Assembly: GCA_021831785.1 (NCBI GenBank)
Contig: JAKBMB010000028.1
Coordinates: 162,620 to 226,619 of the forward strand
Length of the DNA stretch: 64,000 bases
From: Deltaproteobacteria bacterium
GTDB lineage: Bacteria; Desulfobacterota; Binatia; Binatales; Binataceae
Direction of reading: 5' to 3'
The translations under genes and the position numbers were made by a program. Of this stretch, positions 1 to 7,476 are shown piece after piece. The notes beneath the pieces are model-generated. The model did not search any database and was not told the DNA's origin. It saw nothing but the letters and a program-made list of their open reading frames with translations. How positions within the stretch are numbered: the stretch's first letter is position 1; every line of letters starts with the position of its first letter.

Positions 1-4
1 CGGC

Positions 5-1093
5 TCATGCTCTCGCATCCGCCCAGCGCTGGAGCAAGTCCTGGTCGACCGTTACGCCGCGCGCGGCCAAAAAACGCGTGAAATCATTCGGCAGCGGGGC
101 GACAAAAGACAGCCGCGCCAAAGTGCGCGGGTGATCAAACGATAGCGACAGAGCGTGCAAGGCCTGCCGCGCAAAAGCGGTTGGTAAGAACGACTTTGCC
201 AGGCGCGCCCCGCCGTAAACCGGATCGCCCAGACAAGGATGGCCGATCGCCGCCAGATGAACTCGAATCTGATGCGTCCTGCCGGTTTTTGGCTCCACGC
301 GCAGCAAGCTGACATGGACCAACGCGCCGTCTCGCCCGGCAACCTCAAAACACTCCAGCACCCTCACCCCGGTCACCGCTTCGCGCAAGCGCGTGGAGCG
401 CACCGACATGCGCGTGCGGTCAATCGGATGGCGTCCCATCGGGAGCGTGATCGTTCGCGCGCCGGCCCCTAGCCGGCCGGCTGCAAGCGCGAGATACACT
501 TTGCCGATGGTGCGCTCCTTGAACTGGCGCGATAACGCGGCGCGAGCAAACGGCGTGCGCGCCACGACCATCACGCCCGAGGTGCCCTTGTCGAGCCGAT
601 GGACGATTCCGGGCCGCACCGAGCCGTCCGCCTCGACCATCGCTGCTAGTTCCGGATGATGCGCCGTAAGCACGTCCACCATCGTGGCCTGGCGCCAGCT
701 CGGCGCGGGATGAACGGCGAGCCCGGCCGGCTTATTGACCACGATTATTTCGTCGTCGGCGAATAGCTCTTCGAGTTGTGCGGACTCGGCGAGCGGCGCC
801 GGCCTGAGGGTGTGTCCCGCGTCGCCCAGCGCCGGCGGCCTGATCTCCACCCGGTCACCTGCGCGCACTACGGCCGCGGGCCGCGCCGGCGCCCCGTTTA
901 CGGTCACCCGCCCGGCGCGAATCATGCGCGCAACCTGCGAGCGCGTGCTCGCGGGCGCAAGGCGCGCCGCCAGGAAAACGTCCAGCCTGCTCCTTGCCTG
1001 ACCCGCGTCAACCGCCATCACCTGAGCGACGGCCGACGCGCGCGGCCAACCTGCTTCCTGCGGAGCGGACAAGCTGGAGGGCTCGTAATTCAC
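5..1093 (-). CDS. rluD: RluA-family 23S rRNA pseudouridine synthase (S4 domain + catalytic domain)
   Basis: HRLDKGTSGVMVVA catalytic motif; N-terminal S4-like RLDVFLAARL; length 362 aa. Confidence 0.85.
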   Translation of the reverse strand: MNYEPSSLSAPQEAGWPRASAVAQVMAVDAGQARSRLDVFLAARLAPASTRSQVARMIRAGRVTVNGAPARPAAVVRAGDRVEIRPPALGDAGHTLRPAPLAESAQLEELFADDEIIVVNKPAGLAVHPAPSWRQATMVDVLTAHHPELAAMVEADGSVRPGIVHRLDKGTSGVMVVARTPFARAALSRQFKERTIGKVYLALAAGRLGAGARTITLPMGRHPIDRTRMSVRSTRLREAVTGVRVLECFEVAGRDGALVHVSLLRVEPKTGRTHQIRVHLAAIGHPCLGDPVYGGARLAKSFLPTAFARQALHALSLSFDHPRTLARLSFVAPLPNDFTRFLAARGVTVDQDLLQRWADARA

Positions 1094-1695
1094 AATCTCG
1101 GGTAAGGAGGCAGATGCCTTCGCTCGTAGGCTGCGATCTCTTCGCCGTGCGCCAGGGTCAGACTTATATCGTCGAGGCCCTCCAGCAGGCGCTGCTTGTA
1201 AAACGGCTCGATGTCGAAGGCCTCGCGCTGGCCTTGCTCGTCGGCAATCGTCTGGCGCTCAAGATCGATCGCTATCCGATACCCGGCGCGCGCGCCGGCG
1301 GCGTCGATTATCCGCCGCACGGCGCCTGCCTGCAATGCTACGGGCAAAAGGCCGTTCTTTAGGCAGTTGTTACGGAATATGTCGGCGAAAGATGGAGCGA
1401 TAATCGCCCTGAAGCCGTAGTCGTCAAGCGCCCAGACCGCGTGTTCGCGCGAACTGCCGCAGCCGAAGTTGGCGCCCGCGACCAGAATCGAGGCGCCGCG
1501 ATAGCGCTCCTGATTGAGCACAAAGTCCGGAATCTCGGCGCCCTGCGGCGTAAATCGCCAGCTATAGAACAGGCCCGCTCCAAGTCCGCTGCGCACCACC
1601 GACTTGAGAAACTGCTTAGGAATGATCTGATCGGTGTCGACGTTGCTCTTGTCTAACGGCGCGACCAGGCCGGTAAAATTCTTGAACGCGCGCAT
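1090..1695 (-). CDS. leuD: 3-isopropylmalate dehydratase small subunit
   Basis: Full-length LeuD-like sequence (DTDQIIP, GANFGCGSSREHA motifs); 4-bp overlap with upstream gene. Confidence 0.9.
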   Translation of the reverse strand: MRAFKNFTGLVAPLDKSNVDTDQIIPKQFLKSVVRSGLGAGLFYSWRFTPQGAEIPDFVLNQERYRGASILVAGANFGCGSSREHAVWALDDYGFRAIIAPSFADIFRNNCLKNGLLPVALQAGAVRRIIDAAGARAGYRIAIDLERQTIADEQGQREAFDIEPFYKQRLLEGLDDISLTLAHGEEIAAYERRHLPPYPRL

Positions 1696-1718
1696 ACGCG
1701 GCTTCCTCTTTATGCGAT

Positions 1719-3182
1719 TTATCCGAGCGGCTCGATTCGGAACTCGCGAAGGTCCACGAAATGGCCTTCCAGAGCGGCCGCCGCGGCCATCGCCGGACTC
1801 ACCAGATGAGTGCGCCCGCCGGGCCCCTGACGGCCCTCGAAGTTACGATTCGAGGTGCTGGCGCATCGCTCCTGCGGCTTTAGGATATCCGCGTTCATTC
1901 CCAGGCACATGCTGCAACCCGACTCGCGCCACTCAAAACCTGCCTCCTTGAAGATGCGGTCAAGACCCAGCGTTTCGGCCTCGGCCTTGATCTGCTGCGA
2001 GCCCGGCACCACCATCGCCTGAACGCCGCGCGCCACCTTACGCCCCTTGGCCACCGCGGCAGCCGCCTTGAGGTCGCTTAGGCGCGAGTTCGTACATGAA
2101 CCGATAAAGACGCGGTCAATTTTGATCTCGGTAATCGCTGTGCCGGCAACGAGCCCCATATACTCGAGCGCGCGCGCGGCGGCGGCGCGCGCCGCCGGGT
2201 CGGCGATCGCGCCCGGCTCCGGCACTTTGCCCGTGACCTCGACCACCATCCCCGGGTTGGTCCCCCAGGTCACTTGCGGGGCGAATTCTTCAGCCTTAAA
2301 GCGGTGGCTTGAATCGAAGCGCGCGCCGGCCTCGGTGCGCACGCTCAACCATCGCTCTGCCGCCCGCTCAAAGGCGGCGCCCTGCGGGGCGTAGGGCCGG
2401 CCGCGCAAATACTCGACGGTCGTTTGATCCGGCGACACCATCCCGGCGCGCGCCCCGGCCTCGATCGACATATTGCAGACCGTCATTCGCTCTTCCATCG
2501 ACAGCCCCGCGATCGTCGGGCCGCAATACTCGATCGCATGGCCGGTTGCGCCGTCGATTCCGATGCTTCCGATGATCCCCAAGATGAGATCTTTTGCCGT
2601 CACGCCGGCGCCGAGCCGCCCGCCAACCCAAATTTCCATCGTTTTGGGCTTGACTTGCCAAAGGCACTGGGTTGCCAACACGTGCTCGACCTCGCTGGTG
2701 CCCACGCCGAAGGCAAGGGCGCCGAACGCGCCGTGCGTCGAGGTATGGCTGTCGCCGCACACGATCGTCATCCCGGGCTGGGTCAGGCCCAGCTCCGGCC
2801 CGATCACATGAACGATCCCCTGCTCGCGCGCGCCCAGCGCAAACAGCTTGATGCCGAACTCGGCGCAATTGCGCCGCATCGCCTCGACCTGCGTCGCCGA
2901 CTCGGGGTCGCTAATCGGCCGCGTGCGGTCCGTGGTGGGCACGTTGTGGTCGAGCGTGCCGAACGTGCGTTCGGGCGCGCGCACCTTGCGGCTCGCCACG
3001 CGCAGCCCCTCGAAGGCCTGGGGCGTGGTGACCTCGTGAATCAGATGCAGATCGACGTAGAGCAACGTGGGCTGGCCGGATTGCTGATAAACCACGTGCT
3101 CATCCCAGATTTTCTCAAACAGAGTTTTTGCCGTCATCGCGATCGCACCCGCAATAGGCCTTACGTCAGAATTATGCGCCAT
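1719..3182 (-). CDS. leuC: 3-isopropylmalate dehydratase large subunit (aconitase family)
   Basis: 487 aa; aconitase-family motifs (GSCTNSR, CGPCLGM-like CSMCLGMN); immediately upstream of leuD. Confidence 0.9.
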   Translation of the reverse strand: MAHNSDVRPIAGAIAMTAKTLFEKIWDEHVVYQQSGQPTLLYVDLHLIHEVTTPQAFEGLRVASRKVRAPERTFGTLDHNVPTTDRTRPISDPESATQVEAMRRNCAEFGIKLFALGAREQGIVHVIGPELGLTQPGMTIVCGDSHTSTHGAFGALAFGVGTSEVEHVLATQCLWQVKPKTMEIWVGGRLGAGVTAKDLILGIIGSIGIDGATGHAIEYCGPTIAGLSMEERMTVCNMSIEAGARAGMVSPDQTTVEYLRGRPYAPQGAAFERAAERWLSVRTEAGARFDSSHRFKAEEFAPQVTWGTNPGMVVEVTGKVPEPGAIADPAARAAAARALEYMGLVAGTAITEIKIDRVFIGSCTNSRLSDLKAAAAVAKGRKVARGVQAMVVPGSQQIKAEAETLGLDRIFKEAGFEWRESGCSMCLGMNADILKPQERCASTSNRNFEGRQGPGGRTHLVSPAMAAAAALEGHFVDLREFRIEPLG

Positions 3183-3233
3183 CGGGCGCCGCTGTCAAAG
3201 TCTTACCGCTCGTTCGCTGCGCCGGTGACCCTT

Positions 3234-4805
3234 TCACAGTGGGTGACCGCGCGCGCGGGCAGGCGCGCCGCCAGGGTCGCGCCCGCCGAACGGACGGCTG
3301 CCGACCGCGGCACCACCGCCGGAGGGATGTTCGCGCCCAAAGAGATCATCGAGAACCCCCTGGGCAGCGACTTCGCCGCTATGCACGCAATCCGGCATCC
3401 CGACTCCGCGATAAGCCGCGCCGCTTAGCCTCAAGCCGCGAAGCCCTTCAATCTCGTCTTCGATCGCGTCAACGCGCTCCAGATGACCGACCACGTACTG
3501 AGGCATCGCGCGATCGTGGCGCTTGACATGGCAAAACCGGGGAGTGGCGCGAACGGCGAGCAGCTCTTCGAGCTCCGCGTGCGCCGCATGGCCCATTTCG
3601 GCGTCGTCGAGCGTCCGGGGCTCGGCGCCGGCGCCGCGGTCCATAAAGACCCGCGTCAGCACGTAGTCCGCGGGCGCGCGCGCGGGAAACTTAAGACTTG
3701 AGAAGGTGCATGCGGCGATGCGCCGCCCTTCAACCCGCGGTACGACGAAGCCCGAGCCGCGCAAAACCACGGGGATATCCGCCGCGCGGTAGGCCAGCGT
3801 CACCAACGCCGAGCTCCCGTAGCTGATTTCCTCCAGCAATTTTGCGGCCCGCGGGGCGTGCGGCTTGAGCAGGCGAGCGGTCTCATACGCCGGCGTCGCA
3901 ATCACCACGGCGTCAGCCGCGATCGCCTGGCCAGCGCCAGGCGCCGCCGGAGCGCCGAGCTCGACGCGCCAGCGCGGCCCCTCTCGCTCAAGCGCGACCG
4001 CTCGCGCCCGCAGCCGCGCACAGTCGCCAAGCGCGCGCGCAAGCGCTTCGACCATCGTCGCCATCCCGTGCTTGAAGCTGACAAAGAGCCCCAGGCGCGC
4101 GCCGCTGGCATCATTCGCGCTCGTCGAGCGCGCACGCGCGATCGCGCCGAGACCCAGGATCACGCTGCGATGGGTTTGCTCCAGCTCAAAAAAACGCGGG
4201 AACGTGGCCTTAAGGCTCAAGCGCTCGGGCGCCACGCCGTAAATCGCGCTGGTCAGCGGCTGCGCGAGGCGCTCGAAGGCTTCGCGGCCGAAGCGGCGCG
4301 TGACGAACGAGGCCACGCTCTCGTCCGCGCCGGCAAAAGCGCGCGGCAACAACAGATCGAATCCGGCGCGAAGCTTGCCGAAAAGGCTCAGAATCGGACT
4401 CGTGAACAACGGACCGAGGCGCGCGGGACCCAGTAAAAGAAAGCCCGGCGGAATCTCGACCAGGCGCCCGCCGCGCACGACGTAAGCGCGCCGATTTTCC
4501 TCTCGCGTGCCGACCATCTCGGGTTCAAGCTCGAGCTCACGCGCGAGCGAAAGCGCCCACGGCTTGTCAGTGATAAACGAGTCCGGGCCACATTCGATCA
4601 GAAAACCGTCGCGGTAAACCGTCTCGATCAAACCGCCCAGGCGCGCCTGTTCTTCGAGGAGGACAACCTGCGCCGGCAAGCCGCGCCGAGCGGCCTGCTC
4701 GCGCGTGAAAAATGCCGCGGCGAGTCCGCTGATGCCGCCGCCGATTATGACGACCTGCTTGGTTGCGGCCGTGCCCGACCGCTCAGCGCCGCTCACTTGC
4801 CCCAC
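3234..4805 (-). CDS. hemY: protoporphyrinogen/coproporphyrinogen oxidase (HemY/CgoX family, FAD)
   Basis: VVIIGGGISGLAAAF Rossmann motif and HemY-like body; the ORF's 5' extension is probably untranslated; likely GTG start at 4805 or 4796 inside the 42-bp repeat. Confidence 0.75.
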   Translation of the reverse strand: MGQVSGAERSGTAATKQVVIIGGGISGLAAAFFTREQAARRGLPAQVVLLEEQARLGGLIETVYRDGFLIECGPDSFITDKPWALSLARELELEPEMVGTREENRRAYVVRGGRLVEIPPGFLLLGPARLGPLFTSPILSLFGKLRAGFDLLLPRAFAGADESVASFVTRRFGREAFERLAQPLTSAIYGVAPERLSLKATFPRFFELEQTHRSVILGLGAIARARSTSANDASGARLGLFVSFKHGMATMVEALARALGDCARLRARAVALEREGPRWRVELGAPAAPGAGQAIAADAVVIATPAYETARLLKPHAPRAAKLLEEISYGSSALVTLAYRAADIPVVLRGSGFVVPRVEGRRIAACTFSSLKFPARAPADYVLTRVFMDRGAGAEPRTLDDAEMGHAAHAELEELLAVRATPRFCHVKRHDRAMPQYVVGHLERVDAIEDEIEGLRGLRLSGAAYRGVGMPDCVHSGEVAAQGVLDDLFGREHPSGGGAAVGSRPFGGRDPGGAPARARGHPL

Positions 4806-4814
4806 AGCGCGCGG
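4773..4814. repeat. 42-bp direct repeat copy 1 (DR-A), pairs with 6490..6531
   Basis: gcccgaccgctcagcg[c/t]cgctcacttgccccacagcgcgcgg present twice with 1 mismatch. Confidence 0.9.
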
Positions 4815-4980
4815 CTGGGCTCGGCTCTTCGACGGGCATCGGGTGATTAAGGCAGTAGCGTAACGCCTCGCAAACAAATTCCGAGCGAGCGCGAAGCTCG
4901 ATTTTTCTGGCGATCTCAAGCTGCCGGGCCGTCTCGGCGGGCAACGAGATGGTCAAAAGGCGGCGATTCGCGGACTCCAT
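4783..4980 (-). CDS. ribbon-helix-helix (CopG/Arc-like) small DNA-binding protein, candidate
   Basis: 65 aa; TISLPAETARQLEIARKIELRARSEFVCEAL resembles an RHH beta-strand plus two helices; no clear SD; C-terminus overlaps the hemY 5' end. Confidence 0.4.
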   Translation of the reverse strand: MESANRRLLTISLPAETARQLEIARKIELRARSEFVCEALRYCLNHPMPVEEPSPAARCGASERR

Positions 4981-5036
4981 TCAAATATGTATAACAAGCT
5001 AAGGATAAATTAATAATAGGCCTTTTTTCCCACGAC

Positions 5037-5220
5037 TCACGCCTTTTTGCAAGGGAGCGCGGGCAGGGTCAAGCGCGCTTTGGGCGTGGCCTTCCCGCGT
5101 GGCGCACGGCGGCAGTTTCCCGCGCTTTACCCGTCCCGCCGTGTCGGACAGACTAAGTATTCGAGCGGATTTCCGCGAAGCGGCGGTCATCGCGGGCGTG
5201 CATTCTGCCCACAAGGGCTA
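5037..5220. repeat. ~185-bp direct repeat copy 1 (DR-B), pairs with 5727..5919, ~92% identity
   Basis: Aligned by eye (ttccacgac[t/c]cacgcctttttgcaag ... attctgcccacaagggcta); lies immediately 5' of the RHH gene on the minus strand. Confidence 0.85.
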
Positions 5221-5240
5221 GTATGGGCAAGGGCCGAAGA

Positions 5241-5705
5241 TCAGGCCGAGGTCTCGCGCTTAAGGTCGTGCTCAGCTTCCAGGCGTGCCAGACGCTCATG
5301 AATTTTGAGCGAGTCATGCAGATCGCCCAGCCGCGCATTGATTGCGCCCAGTCCGCTATCCAGCCGCGCGTTGACGTCGTCGATCCGCTTGTTGAGCGCT
5401 CCGAACCCGTCTTCCATGCGCTTCTCAACGCCATCGATGCGTGAGTTGATCGTCTCGAACCGGTCCTCCATGCGCTTCTCGAGGCCGTCGATGCGCGTGT
5501 TGATCGTCTCGAACCGGTCCTCCATGCGCTTCTCGAGGCCGTCGATGCGCGTGTTGATCGTCTCGAAACGCGAATCAATCTTGACTATGTCACTCTCGAT
5601 GTGCGCCAGCCGCTTGGACATGTCCGACAACTGCGGAACAAGCCATTCCTGAAGGGTTTGCCGCAGCATCCCTACGGCTATTTTCTCGGTGTCCTTGAGC
5701 GGCAT
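5241..5705 (-). CDS. coiled-coil protein with 18-aa tandem repeats (RFETINTRIDGLEKRMED x3 plus 2 degenerate)
   Basis: 154 aa; AAGGA SD upstream of ATG; co-directional with the operon; + strand and other-frame ORFs across the same DNA are mirror artefacts of the 54-bp tandem repeat. Confidence 0.5.
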   Translation of the reverse strand: MPLKDTEKIAVGMLRQTLQEWLVPQLSDMSKRLAHIESDIVKIDSRFETINTRIDGLEKRMEDRFETINTRIDGLEKRMEDRFETINSRIDGVEKRMEDGFGALNKRIDDVNARLDSGLGAINARLGDLHDSLKIHERLARLEAEHDLKRETSA

Positions 5706-5726
5706 GTCTTAATCCTTAATCTCTTG

Positions 5727-5919
5727 TTCCACGACCCACGCCTTTTTGCAAGAGAGCGCAGGCGGGGTCAAGCGCGCTTTGGGCGTGGCCTTCCCGCGCG
5801 CCGCGCGGCCGCAGTTTTCCGCGCTTTGCCCATCCCGCCGTGTCGGACAGACTAAGTATTCGAGCGGACTTCCGCGAAGCGGCGGTCATCGCGGGCGTGC
5901 ATTCTGCCCACAAGGGCTA
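5727..5919. repeat. ~190-bp direct repeat copy 2 (DR-B)
   Basis: See copy 1; lies immediately 5' of the tandem-repeat protein gene. Confidence 0.85.
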
Positions 5920-5961
5920 AACTGAGCAAAGTGATTTCAATTGTACAGGTAACGGCAAGGC

Positions 5962-6447
5962 TCAGGCTTCGGGCCAGAAGCCCTCGTCCATCACCTGCTT
6001 GAAGGTCCAGGGACATCGCGGCGGAAAGACTGATTTGTCCAAGCCGGTTTCTTGGCGGGCGAGACTCACTGCAACCGCGAACGCTTTTGGCATAAGCTCG
6101 GGCAGTCGACGCTGCAAACCGGGACTCTCATCAATAAGATCGCTAATCTCTTGGCGCGCGCCTTCCACCGAAGCGCGCCAACTATTGGCGGTTCGTTTAG
6201 AGCGCCTTCGCTGCGCGGCTTGTAGTTGCCACTTCAACAGGTGCGCCTGAAGTCTTGCGAGCTGGCTTTTGAGAGCGCGCGCTTCGCTTTTGCCCAAGTC
6301 CTCGACTTCCTCCGCCAACCTCTCCCAGTCAAGCGCCTCCGCTCGGCGCTCGCGCAGCGCGCGCGCCTGGTCGAGTGTCCAACTGTAATAGTCGTGTTGG
6401 TAGAGGTCCTGGTGGGTTTCGGAAACGGGCATTACGTTCTGCGCCAT
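5962..6447 (-). CDS. DUF29-family protein
   Basis: QDLYQHDYYSWTLDQARALRERR matches the DUF29 N-terminal signature (LYE.DFY.WT.EQA); start probably M26 of the ORF (GGAAAAAGG upstream); the longer ORF borrows the duplicated hemY N-terminus. Confidence 0.65.
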   Translation of the reverse strand: MAQNVMPVSETHQDLYQHDYYSWTLDQARALRERRAEALDWERLAEEVEDLGKSEARALKSQLARLQAHLLKWQLQAAQRRRSKRTANSWRASVEGARQEISDLIDESPGLQRRLPELMPKAFAVAVSLARQETGLDKSVFPPRCPWTFKQVMDEGFWPEA

Positions 6448-6489
6448 CGGTTTACGCCTTTTTCCGGGGCCGGCCATCCCTGCGGCGGC

Positions 6490-6531
6490 GCCCGACCGCT
6501 CAGCGTCGCTCACTTGCCCCACAGCGCGCGG
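6490..6531. repeat. 42-bp direct repeat copy 2 (DR-A)
   Basis: Identical to 4773..4814 except one c/t; sits 4 nt after the hemH stop. Confidence 0.9.
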
Positions 6532-6534
6532 TAA

Positions 6535-7476
6535 TCACGATGCGGCTTGCAGCGCGCCGCCGTCAAAGCGCGCTCGTATTACCGCAGCCATCATCGCAAT
6601 AAAGCGCGGATCGTCGTTCACCGCGCTCGCCCGCACCATCGTGACCCGGTGCGCGCGCGCCAACTCGGCGGCTTCGATGTCCAGGTCATAGAGCAGTTCG
6701 ACGTTCTCGCAAGCAAAGCCGATCGGCACCACGACCGCGGCGCGGTCCTCCAGCGAGGAGAGCGCCTGCGCGACATCGGGTTCAAGCCACGGCTCCCGCG
6801 GGTCTCCACTTCTGCTTTGATAAGCCAGCGACCAGCTTTGGTGCTCAAGCGCCGCGGCCACCATCGACGCCGACTCCTCGAACTCCTCGACATACGTGCT
6901 GCGCGCCGCCATCGCCCGCGGGATGCTGTGCGCGGTAAACAGCAGATGGGCCTTTGAGCGCTGCGCGGCGGCGAGCTTCTCCATCGCGCGGCGAACCTGG
7001 GCCGCAACCGCGTCGATAAACCGCGGATGGTTGTGCCAGGGCCCAACATAGTCTATCGTCGGCGTCCGCTCGCCGAGCGCCGCCTGGGCCGCGCTCACGC
7101 TTTCGAGGTAGCTGTCCCAGCCTGCCGGCGAACGATGCGGAGCGAGGACGAAGCCCACCGCGCGGCTGACCCCCTCGCGCGCCATTTGCTCTAGCGCCTG
7201 GCGCACCAGGGGCGGCCAGTTGCGCATCCCCACGTACACCGGCACCTTCACACCATCGCGCGCCAGCGCCTGGCGCAAGGCCGCCGCTTGCCTGGCCGCC
7301 ACCTCGTTGTAAGGCGAGCGGCCGCCGACCAGCTCGTAGTGATGGGCGACTTGCGCGATGCGGGCGTCCGGTATGCCCCGCCCCCGCGTCACCTCGCGTA
7401 GAAACGGGCCCACCTCGTCGGGGCTGGTGGGCCCGCCGAACCCGATCAACAACACCGCTTTACCGGCGAGGTTCAC
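6535..7476 (-). CDS. hemH: ferrochelatase (or coproporphyrin ferrochelatase)
   Basis: LLIGFGGPTS ferrochelatase N-terminal signature; start assigned to a GTG overlapping the upstream TGA stop (GTGA coupling); the annotated 5' ORF extension is arginine-rich junk. Confidence 0.8.
   Translation of the reverse strand: MNLAGKAVLLIGFGGPTSPDEVGPFLREVTRGRGIPDARIAQVAHHYELVGGRSPYNEVAARQAAALRQALARDGVKVPVYVGMRNWPPLVRQALEQMAREGVSRAVGFVLAPHRSPAGWDSYLESVSAAQAALGERTPTIDYVGPWHNHPRFIDAVAAQVRRAMEKLAAAQRSKAHLLFTAHSIPRAMAARSTYVEEFEESASMVAAALEHQSWSLAYQSRSGDPREPWLEPDVAQALSSLEDRAAVVVPIGFACENVELLYDLDIEAAELARAHRVTMVRASAVNDDPRFIAMMAAVIRARFDGGALQAAS

Noticed and set aside
2424-3428. 334-aa + strand ORF antisense to leuC (and similar long antisense ORFs, e.g. 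10372..11061, 14394..15275, 38139..39230, 39080..40420, 41867..42805, 46002..47264, 53954..55255, 58837..59643)
   Set aside because: High-GC shadow ORFs: low-complexity Arg/Ala/Pro-rich translations with no domain signatures, fully overlapping well-supported genes on the opposite strand.
3234-4919. Full 561-aa hemY ORF start at 4919
   Set aside because: The first ~38 residues overlap the RHH ORF and lack HemY similarity. The conserved Rossmann motif starts ~aa 58, and in-frame GTGs inside the 42-bp repeat are better starts.
5153-5652. Alternative-frame and + strand repetitive ORFs (5153..5578 -, 5305..5652 +) across the 54-bp tandem repeats
   Set aside because: Tandem DNA repeats generate repetitive ORFs in every frame. 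Only the 5241..5705 minus ORF has an SD, a non-repetitive N-terminus and operon-consistent orientation.
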